Shown piece after piece: positions 27,501-41,626 of a stretch of DNA of 64,000 nt. This stretch comes from Octopus vulgaris (taxonomy: Eukaryota). The translations under genes and the position numbers were made by a program. The notes beneath the pieces are model-generated. The model had not been told where the DNA came from. It made no database searches and worked only from the letters and a program-made list of their open reading frames with translations. Numbering within the stretch: the stretch's first letter is position 1; the number at the start of each line of letters is the position of its first letter. The DNA lies in assembly GCA_951406725.2 (NCBI GenBank), contig OX597816.1, positions 153,264,001 through 153,328,000 of the forward strand. Direction: 5' to 3'.

Positions 27501-28312
27501 GGCTGACAGACAGACAGACAGAGATCAGAGAGATAGATAGAGAGAGAAATAGAAGAATGAATGAAAAACAAACAACAGAGATATTGAGAACTTACAAGTA
27601 CGAATATTATAAGGTAAGAAACAGATAATGTATATAAGAGGAGTACAAGAAAGTGTAAAAGAGAGGAAGAGAGAACCAGAAGGCAACAAAGAGACAGACA
27701 GAGAGACAGAAAAAGAAAGAAAACGGATGAGTGAGTCGATAAGAAAAGCAGAACCAATAGGATTTTAATGATCCGAAGTTTAATTGCTATATTTAGCTAC
27801 AAATCCCTATTGCATTTCTCGTGCTTTGCCCTCGATCCGTATAGTCGAGACTTCTTCAATTGATATATCGAATTTATGAATCAATTTCGAGCACGTTCAC
27901 CCTCATCCACTAACGATGAGAGAACCGTAGAAATACGAATAAATTTATTCAGAAGAGATATTTAGAATTTAGCAAGCATTCAGAAGATTCGTTGCCATAG
28001 CAAGTTCTAAATAAATCAGAGAAAACAAGATAAAATACAATTTTCACAGAGGTCGCCTGATAAGATTAACCCTTTGAAGATAGTCTGTCCTTTTAAAGTT
28101 GTGAAGAAGTAATTAATTACGTGATAGATTAATTGTTTGATCAATCGATCGGGTGGTTGGTAGATTAGTTAAATTCTTCTGCTAATTAATCTTTATTTAA
28201 TAATTAATATTTCTAGGTCATGTTTTAGTTTATCAGTTGACTCGTGACATCTATCTTCTATCTTTGTAATTCTCTTTTCTCTTCATGCATACATACATAC
28301 ATAAATGCATAC

Positions 28313-28364
<52 letters not shown>

Positions 28365-28425
28365 GTATATGTGTATGTATGTACACACACACACACGCAC
28401 ACACACACACACGCACACACACACA

Positions 28426-28563
<138 letters not shown>

Positions 28564-29166
28564 CCTGTACACACACGTGCACAACACGCAAACACACACA
28601 GACAAACACACACATATATGTATGTATACTTTGGTATATACAAACTGTAGAAGGAATACTGGATAAATGCAGAAAAATATGTATTTGTTCGAAACGAAGG
28701 TTCACTTTATCAGTACTCACAGTTTCACGCTACATAAGATACTTCATACATATATGTGTGTATGTACGTGTGTGTGTTTGTGTGTGTGTGTATGTGTGTG
28801 GGTGTGTATGTGTGTATGTGTATGTGTGTGTGTGCGTGCGTGTGTGTGTGTGTGTGTGTGCATGTGTGTAGGGAAAACAAAAATATTGAAGCTCAACTTT
28901 ATATTTCTACTTATGTGAAAAAAATTATCTTCCTGCATATGTATAGACACACACACACACACATATATGTAAAGGTAAGATCCAAGGATCAAGGCGTAGG
29001 AAGTTAGTGACTTTGAAGCAATACGTAGAATAATAGTGGTTTATTGACGCAGGAAGTTGTGAATTTTTACTGTATTGAAGTACGATAAGCTGAAAAAAAG
29101 TTATGTTAATAGTTCACGGTTAGCAATAGGGGTTGTTGTATATGCGAATAAACATCCAAAAAATAG

Positions 29167-29426
29167 GGGATGGAGTAGATAAAATCCAGGTTATATATGT
29201 TTGATAGCTAGCGGAACCTCGGAAGTAGTAAATTATCCAAACCGCAAGCTGCTCGAATCTCCAACGTGTTAACACGTGATCTAACGACAATGTAAACTTC
29301 ATATAATCAAGGTATCCTTGGCCTGAAGAGTAGCTTGTAGTCTATCCTACGTTTGGATAATTTACTCCTTCTGAGGCGCCGCTAGCTATGAAACATATGT
29401 AGCCTGGACTTTATCGGTTCCATTCC
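29167..29426. mobile_element. Fold-back element with ~75-bp imperfect terminal inverted arms; related copy inverted at 40740-40975
   Basis: Arms at about 29167-29242 and 29351-29426 (e.g. gtaaattatccaaac / gtttggataatttac; atagctagcgg / ccgctagctat). Confidence 0.8.
29315..29408 (+). ncRNA. Type I hammerhead motif with long (~50 nt) loop II
   Basis: ggc CUGAAGA guagc-[50 nt]-gcuau GAAA cauauGUA gcc: intact core, 5-bp stem II, palindromic stem III ACAUAUGU, stem I ggc/gcc extended by ucc/gga. Confidence 0.65.
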
Positions 29427-31305
29427 TTAACTTCGGGATATATATATATACATACCTCTCCGTTGGAATATCTTTGTTTCTAGATCTATGTATGAATCCT
29501 GAAGACGTGCCTTAATAATTTCCTTCAGACATTATTTTTAACTATTTCTGTTTATCCACTCTAACAGTTTATATCTTCAATCATCTCAATATTTGATAAG
29601 TACTGGGAATACTATTTCACCGAAGAGGTGTAATAAGACATTTTTCCAATTGCCTCTATACTACTAAACATGAGACTCACACCTCGCTATAGGCCCTCTT
29701 TCTACTTATATTGCAATTGCATTGATTTTAAATCGGATATATCCTCTGGCTTTCTTGACTAGAATTTAATTAAGCTCAATGTAAGCTTAATGATTAATTC
29801 TGTTCAAGAAAGGCAGGTGTGATTTTAATCACTTAACTTTTTGGGGTCACTACATTAAATATGTTGTCGCCAACTTAGCTATATATAAAAATACTGCATG
29901 TGAAACAGATGAGCAATCTGAAAGAACTATCTTTTCCCATGCCACTTTCATTCACTTCTAATATGTTGTTTAATGTCAGGTTAATTCTAATGAAGCAGAC
30001 CTATGAACATCTTATCTCATTTTCTGAAAATGCATCCATGACTACAGTCTCCAATTTTTCCTTCCTCGCGTACTTCTTTTCTTTCATTTTCTTTCGTTAA
30101 GATGGCATGGGAAAGTTGGTTGCTGAGGGGAAAGTTGGTTGCTGTTTCCAGAAAGTCTGATAGCCATATTGGGGTTCCCCTCTTATACACTAGGAATATT
30201 TACAAAGTATGTTTTCTTCTTTTTCTGCTGAAATAAATGTCAGTATCTAACGATATAACCATACTCAGTCGTTGAGATTTTAGACAACTTTATTATGTAC
30301 TGTATTTGCCGTCAATAAACTAAACAGATGATATTCGAGAAATCATAGTTGTTCACTGTTCTGGTACAACATATTCGACTGAATACAATGATTTCGAGAC
30401 CTTTAATACCTTTCGTTTCTAACATTTTGAAGACTCCAGTTTTTTAAAGTGTAATCATCTCTTTATATAGATTATTTCACCATTATTGTGCTGTAGCATT
30501 TGTGAATGAAATTCATTAATATCTGCTGTGTACGTTACCTCCATTTTACAGCATTTGTTTCTCACTCCAATTTAAGTTTGTTTCCAAGTTTCTATTTAGT
30601 GTTTTACTAGTATTATTTTTTAAAGAAGTGCGCATCACTTTTTCTGTCGGGTTGGGGAGGAGGAAGAAATTCTGAATTATAAGTTATTCACCATTCGAAT
30701 TCTTGCAAAAGTGGACTTCTCTAATGCGCCCAAGGCCAGGTGGTGGGTTAAGTCTGCCACTCAATAACAAAAGTAATATATCCGACAGGTTTCCGCACTT
30801 TTTCGTCTGTACATATACTCTTAGAAGCCTTAGACTAATTCATTGCTGTGGTAGAAACACTTGTCCAGGATGCTGCGTAGTGGGTTCCTACCCAAAGCCA
30901 TCTGGCTACCAAATGAACTGTTTAACCGCACAGCAGTATCTAACGCTATATCTAACGCAAATACATTATTTACTTTAAATAATTGTGATTACATCAGCGC
31001 AATTTTTCTTCAGAGAGCATTATAATGATTTTTTGTTCTATAACAAGTATCATAGGAAGGTAATACTTTATCGACATTTTGGGGATTGAAGTGAGCAATA
31101 ACTTTTAGACGGCATTCTTTATAACCTTCTTGTGGTTCGAATGTATTACTATCTCTTATATTTATGAGCAGTTAAGATAGTTATCTACACAGCTCACAAC
31201 AACCTCTCTCTCCCTCCCTTTCACTCTGTCTCTTTCTCTCTCTCACCTTCTCTCTTTCTTACTTTCTTTCTCTCTCTCTCTCTCCCTCTTTCTCTATCTT
31301 TTGAT

Positions 31306-31417
<112 letters not shown>

Positions 31418-32099
31418 TATACTCCTTAAAAGGTTAAGCAATGTCTACATTATAAATTGTTCTTCTAACTTGTTATATATATATATATATATATAACTTC
31501 GCAAGGTTTCTATTCTGCTAATTCAACCCAATAGATTTAGGATCGAGTAAGGGTTCTGTAACAAGAATTTAGTCGGCAGAATAGTGATATTTAGCATATA
31601 CTTTACCAGATCAGAACCTCTTTCTAAATATTCTAGTGATTTATCTACTGTAAGTATATGAAGGGTGTACATTACTTATGTAGTAATCTTCACACATTCG
31701 TTTGAGAATTATATTTTCTGAGCACACAAGGGAGAAAATTTTCACAGTGTGACAGTTTTAGTATTAGAACTGCTAGAAATGGTTGGTTCAATGTCTTGAA
31801 GAAAGAAATACAGGGAGATGGCAGGAAGCAGAGAAGTGATTATAGCTAGAAGATTCGCTAAGTGTGAAGGCAGATCTTTCAAGTCCTAAAGAACGGAATA
31901 CAATATAGTGGCAACAAAAGAAACTGAGAGAGTATATATACTGCACTGATAAAAGAGTGAAGAAGATATTCAGTTAGTGAGGTTTTTATTTGTTTTTGAA
32001 AGAAGACATGACAAAAGGTTTCGTGGCTCTATGCGTATCTCGGCTTGTTCGACATATTAATAACTTCACAAGACTGTCCGAGATGCTGTGTGTGCACCA

Positions 32100-33600
32100 C
32101 GGATAGTCTAGTCTGACAGCATCTCTGTGATTAGAGACTTTTTCTTTAATCAGTAGTATCCCCTAGAAGCATTGCTTAGAATTTCTAAAAGTTACCCATC
32201 GTAATCCTTGACCCGGAAGCTCTTCGGAACAGACCAAGTAGCTTGTCCTAGTTGATGCTAATAGCTTCCTCGAACATGTCGCTATTTTCTACCACTAATC
32301 CTCTATATATTGCTAACGTGGACTCATACCAACTCCTTTGTCTAACCGGTAGAGGATAGTAAATGCTTAACATCCTAGATGCCAGGAATCTATCTTGGTC
32401 TTGGCTTGTTTTAGGGATTGCAACGCTGTGAAAGAAACAAGCGGTGAGAAGACATGCTTTTACAAACGTAGAAGAATATTTGTTGGTGGAATATTCTCAG
32501 TGCACATCAACAAACACGGAATACCGAGCTCACCTTGCAATAGGAATTGTTAGCACGTGGAGAGCTTGAGAAGAGAAATGCGTCTCTTCCACTGGACGCA
32601 GAAGGACTCCAACTTGGTCAGTTGGAAATCGGAGCAAGGCACAACTGATATAAGTTGTAATGGAGACGATGTAGGTATTCGCCACCTCAACCTAACCTTT
32701 CAGCAATACCCTCTTCTTGATCATCACTGAGCAAGTTTAGCCATCTTGCACGTAATCTAATCCTAGTTCCAGTCCCTCTGGAGATTCGGACCGAAACAAG
32801 CTCCAAGCTCCGGTTCATCTTTTCAATCCCATAGGATGCTGTCTGACCGCATTGATTTGTTTCTCCAGGTACCAAGCTGCAAGACCACCGACTTGACCAG
32901 ATTTATTTTTGCTCTGAAACACTCCTACGTTTCTAGAGGAATGTTCCAAGAAAACTCCATTTTCCCACGTTTTGTTTAGCATTGATATATTTAGGCAACA
33001 TGTTAGACATGACCTCGGATACAAAAGCTATGACAAGACAATTAAACATCTTTTGTACAAGTGCGGCACCAAGTTATAGGTTTGACATTATAACCAACTA
33101 GGAACAACCGCTACTGGCAGTACATGGATTTATCAGAAAAATAGATATGAAATTCCGACTGAAAAATGTGCTATGGATACCTTCAAGTAAGGAAAATTAA
33201 GAACTCTAATATCATGTTAAATAAACTTAGAGAAGAAAGTTAGACCAAACACAGACGTATAGGAGTCAATGAATTTGACACAGCATAACAAAACACGAAC
33301 GAAAGAAAAGATTAATACTTCAGAAAAAGCCGAAAGTTACTCAGCTTTCAATACCTTATTCTCTCTGTGAAACTTTAAGAATTTAATCATGGCTTAGTGG
33401 AAGAGGAAAAGAAGAAGGTAATGCAGTTTTCATGATGGTTACAGCCGATAGCCGCAACTATTTTACAAAAGATAAAAGCTGTTCAAAAACCTTTACAAGT
33501 CAGTAATGCTAGGCTACTGAACGAGGGTAAGAAGAAAATTCTCACTGCCTTACCCACCGGCACAGTTGACTGCTCTCCCGTGCTTGTAGAATAATGGGAG
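32100..33600 (-). mobile_element. Possible very decayed DIRS-like (tyrosine recombinase) retroelement
   Basis: Microsatellite-free block. Only weak peptide hints (GLAAWYL; RLRARWLNLL) in an order compatible with DIRS. Confidence 0.25.
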
Positions 33601-36395
33601 ACTGTCAGTAGATTAGAAGAGGTGGTTAGATAGTGCATTGCGACCGACATACTAGTGGCGAAACTGGCTATTTGCTCGACTGTTTCTGCAGGACAGTTTT
33701 CTGGATGTTGCTCGAGAGATGAACCTCACTCGGAACCCACCAACTAATTGATTTTATCGTTCTTCTTTAACGCTATAGACTACCGAACTGTGGGCACTTG
33801 GCGACATTCTTAATGTCAGTTGAGGTGGTCAGTTTTGGCCAGTGTTTGTCCTATCACCAGGTCAGTCAAAAAAAAAAAAACAGAAAAGAGAGAGCGTGCG
33901 CACACGATAGATAGATAGAGAGAGAGAGAGAGAGGCAGGGAAACAGCTATAATGAGAAGCACCTGCGAAAAGCAACTATACCTCACAATCTAAGAGTCTT
34001 TGTACATGCTGCAGTCTCATTTCATATTAGCATATCATCAGCTACGGCACACCACATCTATATCATACTCTTTTGTTTTGGCTATTTTCAATTTAATTTT
34101 TAAGCAAATACAACGATACATTGAACCTCCTTGTGCCAAATATCTGACCAAAAAATTCTTACGATCTCAATATTTGGGAGTTCACTCTTCTGATGTTCAT
34201 TGTCATTTTTCAGCTTTGGAAAATATCTTTGTTTCTGAAGAGCCTGTTTTACTTATGCTGATTAATTATTTGTTAGCAGCTAGTATTTATTAATCGTTTT
34301 GACTTTAATGTTTTTCATCTAAGAGCTTCTTCAGCAACCTGAACCCTTCAGTGTATGATGTCATAGATTTTCACTGTATATCATCTTCCAAGATCCTTAT
34401 TGAGCAGCTCAACTTGATTCTCAAATATTTTCTTTCATGAATATTTTACCCTTTTTTCGCTCGATTTCAATTCCGAGGATTTTACAGAAACAAAGTTGTA
34501 CAGTAAATGAGGTCATTTACATCTGTTATATTCTCAACGTTGATTTTCGGGAAAAGTTTATCTTGAATCTTTACTGCTCTTTGTAGTTTTTCACTTTTCA
34601 TTTCCCCCAAAGTTAGTAATTACGCTGTTTCCCTAATTTTTGTCTCATTTAAACGTTGAAGTAAGCCCCTTTTCTCTTCCCTAATACTGCTTCCCTCCAT
34701 GACGTAAAACTAGTAATCACTCTTACTATTGTTTCTTTGCTTCTGGCGATTCACTGACCTTTCTGCTCCTTGCTCAAGTCACTTTCTTATGTAGTTATAT
34801 GCTTGATATTTCAGTGTTCTGACGATCTCTTCCAGCTTCCACAAGGACAGAGGTTGTTCCCTCACGTCTTGAGTTATCTTTTATGTAGAAGTTTTTGTTA
34901 TTTGACACAGAACATGTCCCTCTCTATCCATATTTTATGGGGGGGGGGGGTTCCGTATCCTATTTTGCCAGGCTCGCACCAGCAGTAACATTCCATAAAA
35001 ATTCTGTTGTTATTTTGAGATCACCTTCTAATCTTTGCAACATTAGTTGAATAAACATTAGATCCATACTTCCGTTCAGTGGGACACTTATAATGCAACA
35101 GAAATTTACTTGAGGATTCAGTATATTAAAGTAACTATGATATAAATTTTTATCTGATATAACACTCATAAAATGAACTTTGGTGATAAGATGACCGTTG
35201 ATTTTAAGGAGTCAACGTCTTCAGGACGGCTGCCAGCCATATTTAAAAGGATTCTCTTCCCCTTGAGGCAGATTCAACTCTGTTAGGAGTTAACCCGGTT
35301 ATTTATGGTCTCGGAGTAAGTATTATTATTGTTGTTACCAGTCATTAACCAGTAGGCCATAGTTCTAAGTTAATTATGAGCAGTAATGAGCAACAACAAT
35401 AATGCAAGGCCTGGAATTTTGAGGGAAGGATCTAGTTGTTTACATCAACCCCAGTGCTCAACTGGTACGTATTTAATCGACACAAAAAAGATGAAAGGCA
35501 AGATGTTTTTCGTCTGGCAGGATTTCCAAATAAGAAAAAATGTAACCAAGTACTATCCCCACAGAGTATGCTCATCATTACAATTGTCACCATCATCCAC
35601 CACAATCATTATCATCATCGTCATCATAATTATCATCAACAATATCCTTATCATTATCACATGTATTCTTTAATACTTGCTAAGAAACGAAGATGACAAT
35701 GCCCGTCACCACGCAGTTCGATCTAACATGCATACATAAGCACACATATATACATGCACACATGCGTAGACATATATAAGCATAAACACAATCACACATA
35801 CACACCAGCACATTCAACATACATATTCTTATGTATGTGAATATATTATTGTATATATGCATGCACACTTACATACATGCATGAATACCATATGTATAGA
35901 CATATGCATATTTGTCTATACATATATATATATAACCAAACACATACATACATATATCCAAATACATATATAAACACACATATCAGTGTGCGCTTGTGCG
36001 TGTGTGTGTGAGTTCGTATATACCTGCGCATGTAATTGTAAGTTTAGATGCATACAGGCAAAAGCGTACGTAGACAAACACACATCATCATATACAGATA
36101 AAATTTAAAACCGTAAAGCTCTAAAACAGTGCACATCTTTCGACATTGATTTATCGTGCAAGTCAGTCTATTCTGGTTGTGTCGGACATTTTGCAAATAT
36201 GCTAGAGTACACAGCAAAACTCTTATTGTTTGGCCGTGCTCCAGTTTACTTATAATTTCTTTCTCGTTTAACGGACATGTCTGCAGTGTATCTACTTGTG
36301 TGTATGTGTACCTATGTGCTTCTCTATTCTCTCTCTACCACACTCCCATCTCTCTCTCGATATATATAATATGTATATATATATATATATGTATA

Positions 36396-36459
<64 letters not shown>

Positions 36460-36749
36460 TACAGACAGACACATATGTGTGTCTGTTAATATATATATAC
36501 ACATACACACACACACACACACACACTCGTATATATATATGGCTAGAAAATCTCTAGAAGAGATGAAAGTAGTAACTATACTCAGAAGTGATGTCTGTCG
36601 CCACTTCAACATGGTTGATCCGTACCAACCAACGTTACTATTATTTTTAACCCCAAGTGGGTACCTCCTCTAGCTGATTAACGATGCAATCTGCTGCCGA
36701 TATATGTTGCAAGTATGGAAGAGAATCCCCTACCATCTTCTAGCGACTG

Positions 36750-36801
36750 ATCCACCAGACCAGGTTGGTTTCGGGCTATTTTCTCATCCTCAGTGGTGGA
36801 T
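36750..36801 (-). ncRNA. Type I hammerhead motif with damaged stem II, in a ~320-bp cassette between (TA)n tracts
   Basis: auccacca CUGAGGA ugagaaaauagccc GAAA cca-acc-ugGUC ugguggau: perfect 8-bp stem I, 4-bp stem III, GUC site. Confidence 0.7.
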
Positions 36802-36939
36802 ACTTGTCCGACAGAGATAGCAGTAATTCGGTCCAGCTCGCAATATATAGAAAAATAAGTGTGTATGTGTGCGCGCGTGCGTGTATATATATATATATAC
36901 ATATCATATGTATATATATATATATTTATATATATGTGT

Positions 36940-36969
<30 letters not shown>

Positions 36970-36970
<1 letters not shown>

Positions 36971-37274
36971 GAGGCGCAATGGCCCAGTGTTTAGGGCAGC
37001 GGACTCGCGGTCGGAGGATCGCGGTTTCGATTCCCAGACCAGGCGTTGTGTGTGTTTATTGAGCGAAAACACCTAAACGCTCCACGAGGCTCCAGCAGGG
37101 GGTGGTGGCTCATCCCTGTTGTACTCTTTCGCTACAGCTTTCTCTCACTCTCTCTTCCAGTTTCTTGAGTAACGCTGCGATGGACTGGCGTCCCGTCCAG
37201 CTGGGGGGTGGGAACACATACGCCCCAGAAACCGGGCCCATGAGCCTGGTTAAGTTTAAAAAAGGCGAAAGAGG
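36970..37274 (+). mobile_element. tRNA-derived SINE (family C)
   Basis: ggaggcgcaaTGGCCCAGTG...GGTTTCGATTCC head; body gtaacgctgcgatggactggcgtcccgtccag...gaaaccgggcccatgagcc. Confidence 0.85.
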
Positions 37275-37295
37275 ATATATATATATATATATATA

Positions 37296-37407
37296 TCCTC
37301 TTTCGCCTTTTTTTAAGCCTAGCCAGGCTCATGGGCCCGGTTTCCCGGTTTCTGTGGCGTATGTGTTCCCCCCAGCTGGACAGGACGCCAGTCCATCGCA
37401 GCGTTAC
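37296..37407 (-). mobile_element. 5'-truncated family C SINE in opposite orientation, tail-to-tail with the preceding copy
   Basis: Reverse complement of 37169-37274 across a central (TA)n. Confidence 0.85.
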
Positions 37408-39018
37408 AATATATATATATATATCTATACTCACACACACACACACATTCACATGTGCGTCTGCGCGTTTCCACACATACATGCACACACAAGCACATAA
37501 ACACATATACATGTGCATGTGAGCGTATACGTATGTGTATACGTGTATCGGTACGTTTGTGTTCATAAACTATGTATCTATATAGTTGTCTAAAATGATT
37601 GCATGCATTATATGCTTATGCATCTCTATTCGATAAATAAACGTACGTATATACACGTACATGTATGCGTATGTGAATGACTATATTTGTGCTCGTATGT
37701 ATGACTGTGTGCTAGAGAGTAAGAGTGTTAAGTCTCCTGTAATAAATAATAAATGAATATATAAAAATGCATCGATGGCAATTTAGGATTTCAGAACAGC
37801 AACTAATGCCGCTGTGAATCTCACGAGCTTGTGTAGATGTAGATTAATTGACCAAGTTGTTTGGTGCTACTGATATTTGTGCAGGAGAACAAAGGTTCGG
37901 GTCTTTAGGTCTCTGGTCCTCCATGCCCTGCTCTATAGTTATGAGACTTGGAGATGATCCGGGGCCCTTAGTAACCGCCTAAACTCCTTCTGTACCAGGA
38001 CGCTTCGCAAAATTATGAGATACCATTGGTCGGGTTTTGTATCCATCAAATAAGTCTACTCAGGAACTGGGAGGCATCTTGCTAATTTTATGATTCGTGA
38101 GCGCCACTCAGACTGTTTCTTCATGCTGCTTGTTTTTCCGAGTTAGACTTGCTTACCGTTTTCTCTTCACTGAGGATCCGGCCGGTTTGAAGCCTCGTGT
38201 TCGACATGGCTAAGGAAGATTAGAAGGTATCTCACAAGATGAGGACTGACTACGATTCTGCACGACGGGTCGCCATGTAGCAATGCGCTGCACAGCTCAC
38301 GTCCCCACACTTGACCTGATTCTGATGATGAAAATTTTATTTATGTATGTATGTATGTATGTATGTATGTATGTATGTATGTATGTATGTATGTATGTAT
38401 GAAGGTAGGTAGGTAGGTAGGTAGGTAGGTAGGTAGGTAGGTAGGTAGGTATGCAGAGATGCAGACATGGCCGAGAGGTTAAAAAGTTCTCTTTTCAATA
38501 TTGAGGTCCTGGATTCAACATCAATGGATTCGAACCAAGCTTGTGAGTTAAATTGGACTGAAGGGGAACTGTTTGATGTATATTTACTGCTCACCCCGTT
38601 ATTGGGAAGGTATATTTAAATCAGAAGTGTGACTCTGCTTAAGAATAACGTTAATGCAGGTAAAAAAGTAATTTATATGCTAATTTAATGAGTATGTGGT
38701 AGTTACGTTTTCATTAACTGGAAACTTACGTTCGAAATTGGTGGAAGACCCATGTATTTGTATTCGATGTGAATGTCTTTTTAAACAGATTTTCAGGTAA
38801 ACACACACACACACATAAACACACACACACAAGCATAAGCGCTCAAACACACTTTGCGTTTACTCATTTGGAAGAAACTGATGAGTCACTGCAATGCTAA
38901 ACAGATTTCCTCGCTACTTGGATCACTCATGCGATAAAAGCGTAAATATTTTGGTTGAAAGAATGACGATCCACTCCTTGCAAGTGGAGAGGAGTTAATC
39001 TTCAAGTTCTTCTAAATA

Positions 39019-40250
39019 CCAGGGTTGTATCAAAAGAATGTGAAAGTGGGTATAACATTTTTATTAACTGACATAGGTCGCTCAATCTGCGCATGTCGGT
39101 GAAATAGATTTCTATCGTAATTCTTCTTCCTGTTCTTATCCGTTGCAGGCAACTATTGCGTTCCAAACGGAAGAATCATTGAGTTTTTGATGAAAAAGGG
39201 GGTCCAGGCCATCTGACATCAACAGATACAAGTACTTTGCATAGGGTACGACACCATTAAGTAGATCAATATGTTAGATGGAAGAAGGAGTTTAAAGAAA
39301 GGAAAACCAACATTGAAAATAAATCACACAGTAGGAGAGCTATCAATTGCGACCACATCTGAATCACCAGCGAGTGGAAGAATAAATTTGCGAGTACAGA
39401 AAAGTTGTAATGCTTTACAGAAAATCGTGGAAGACTTTCGGTATTGGAAAATATGTGCAAAATGGATATCTCAGAGGTTGACACCCAGTTTGAAAGAATG
39501 AATGGAGGAAGTCTACTATGATCAGCTGGAAATGTTTGAAGTCAATGAAGAAACGGTTTTTTTTCCGATTTGATGACAGGACGAACCGTGGCAGTATATT
39601 TATGATCTAAAAGTCCCAGTCCATAAAATTGCTTCAGACCTCTTCTTGAAAGCCTAAGAAGTTCAAGAACCTGTGATTGGCACAAAAAGTAACGGTAATT
39701 GTTTTGTGGATTAAAAACTCGTATTTTTCTTCGATTTTCTGAAACATGGGTGTATCTTGATCAGCGATCGATTCATGGAAACACTAAAACATCTCAGAGA
39801 AGCTATAAGGAGAAAGAGAACGACAAGAATCAGAAAACGATCTACATTCACCATGAAACGCAGGACCATGCATATTTTTGCCAACAAATCAAGCACTCAG
39901 TATATTGGGCTAGTCAGTGATTTCCTATCTACTTTATTCTCTGGATCTGTCGCCCGCGACTTCCAGTCTTTTGGTCATCTGAAGGACAGTTTTCGGAGAA
40001 AACAATTTCATGATATAGATGAGGTGAAAGTATTTGTAGGTGGGTACTACAGCGAACAGATGAATTTTTTAAAATAAAAGTTTTAGAGTTGCATTTTTAG
40101 ACGGCACAAATGTATCATTTGTAAGGGAAGCTATGTTGAATAGTATCTTTGTATAAAGAAAATGCTATCCTACTAACATCTACAGTTTGAACAACATACG
40201 TCAGTAAATAAAAAGTTATACCCACTTTTGTACACTTTTAATATAACTCA
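39019..40250 (+). mobile_element. Decayed mariner (Tc1/mariner) DNA transposon
   Basis: Imperfect TIRs (aaagtgggtataac...tttatt..ctgac / gtcagtaaataaaaagttatacccacttt). Transposase remnants ICAKWISQRLT (WVPHEL-like) and DFQSFGHLKDSF...FHDIDEVK (region after YSPDL). About 1.2 kb. Confidence 0.85.
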
Positions 40251-40268
40251 AGAGCTTGTGTGTGTGTT

Positions 40269-40335
<67 letters not shown>

Positions 40336-40739
40336 CTGTGTGTAGTATACTGTTCGGTGAGTAAGTAAAGCCTCTTAGTTGGCTAGTCACGTATGGAGTT
40401 TGAAGCCCAATGCCACATCATATGCAGTCAAGTGGAAAACAGTCAAAAAAGGTTCACACCATATGTCAACAGATAAAAAAATAAAATTGTAAGCTACGCG
40501 TAGCTGAAAGATCACAGATCCTTTTCGGATCTCAGGACTCCACTGCACTGCTGAATTCTAGAATTTCCGTTGCTGAAGTGGAAAATGCCATCCTCTCCGA
40601 ATTGAGCTGCTGAACCATAGAGTCAGCTTTATGAATTAACAGCCGAAGGAAACATAACTCCAATTTCTCCCCCTCTTTTCTGTTTTCTTTTTCGTTTTCC
40701 GGGGTTGCCGGGTATGCGAATAAGAGTACAAGAGTTAAC

Positions 40740-40975
40740 GAATGGATTAGATAAGATCCGGGTTACATGTTTTATAGCGAGCGGAACCTCGGAAGTGGCG
40801 AATATCCAAGTGAGATGTATACCACAGGCTACTCTTCAGGGCAAAGATATCTTGATTAAATCAAAGTTTACATTATCGCAAGGAGGTGCGGTATACACCT
40901 TGCTTGGACATTCACCACTTCTGAGGTTCCGCTCGCTATAAAACATATGCAACTCGGATCTTATCTAATCCATTC
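40740..40975. mobile_element. Fold-back element, second member of the 29167 family (inverted; HHR decayed GAAA>AAAA)
   Basis: Arms 40740-40810 / 40903-40975 (gaatggattagataagatccg / cggatcttatctaatccattc). Minus strand has CUGAAGA guagc...gcuau aaaac auGUA. Confidence 0.8.
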
Positions 40976-40976
40976 C

Positions 40977-41085
<109 letters not shown>

Positions 41086-41300
41086 TGTATGTATGTATAT
41101 GTATACATACATATATTTGTGTGTGTGTGTAAAATTAATATAAACAGCAGTTTGCAATGTTTCGTCAAAAATGAGAATTATAATTGTCACTAAATGTGAC
41201 TTGGGTGTTAGAAACGCCTACATTGCTGGAAATAAGAGCTAAAATGTAAGCATATACACAAACAGAGACCTTAATCGTCCGAAAAATCCCGATCGAGAAT

Positions 41301-41351
41301 TCTTAATATTGACGTCAGTTTCGGCAATTTTCATTGCCTCATCAGTTAAGA
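41301..41351 (-). ncRNA. Type I hammerhead ribozyme motif
   Basis: ucuuaa CUGAUGA ggcaau-GAAA-auugcc GAAA cugacgucaAUA uuaaga: 6-bp stem I, 6-bp stem II with GNRA loop, canonical core. One C-A mismatch in stem III. Confidence 0.82.
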
Positions 41352-41626
41352 CTGGCTGGAAAGTTCGACTTTTTCCAGATTGACTTGCTTGTGCACTGAC
41401 TTCAGTATTAGAGCATTTTAGCTTTCATTTCTAGCAATGTAGGTGCTTCCAACACCCTAGTCACATTTAGTGACAACTGTACTTCTGTTTGGTGAAACAT
41501 TGCAAACTGCTGTTTATATTTTATGCATACACATTAACGAATCGCTAAATCATCCATTAATTTGGATGACGAAACACATATACTAATATAGAAGCAAGTA
41601 CGAAAAAAGTCGAACTTTCGAGTCAG

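Noticed and set aside
35190-35230. Minus-strand CUGAAGA followed by a 6-bp hairpin cguuga/ucaacg
   Set aside because: GAAA is missing and there is no stem I; at most a deleted HHR.
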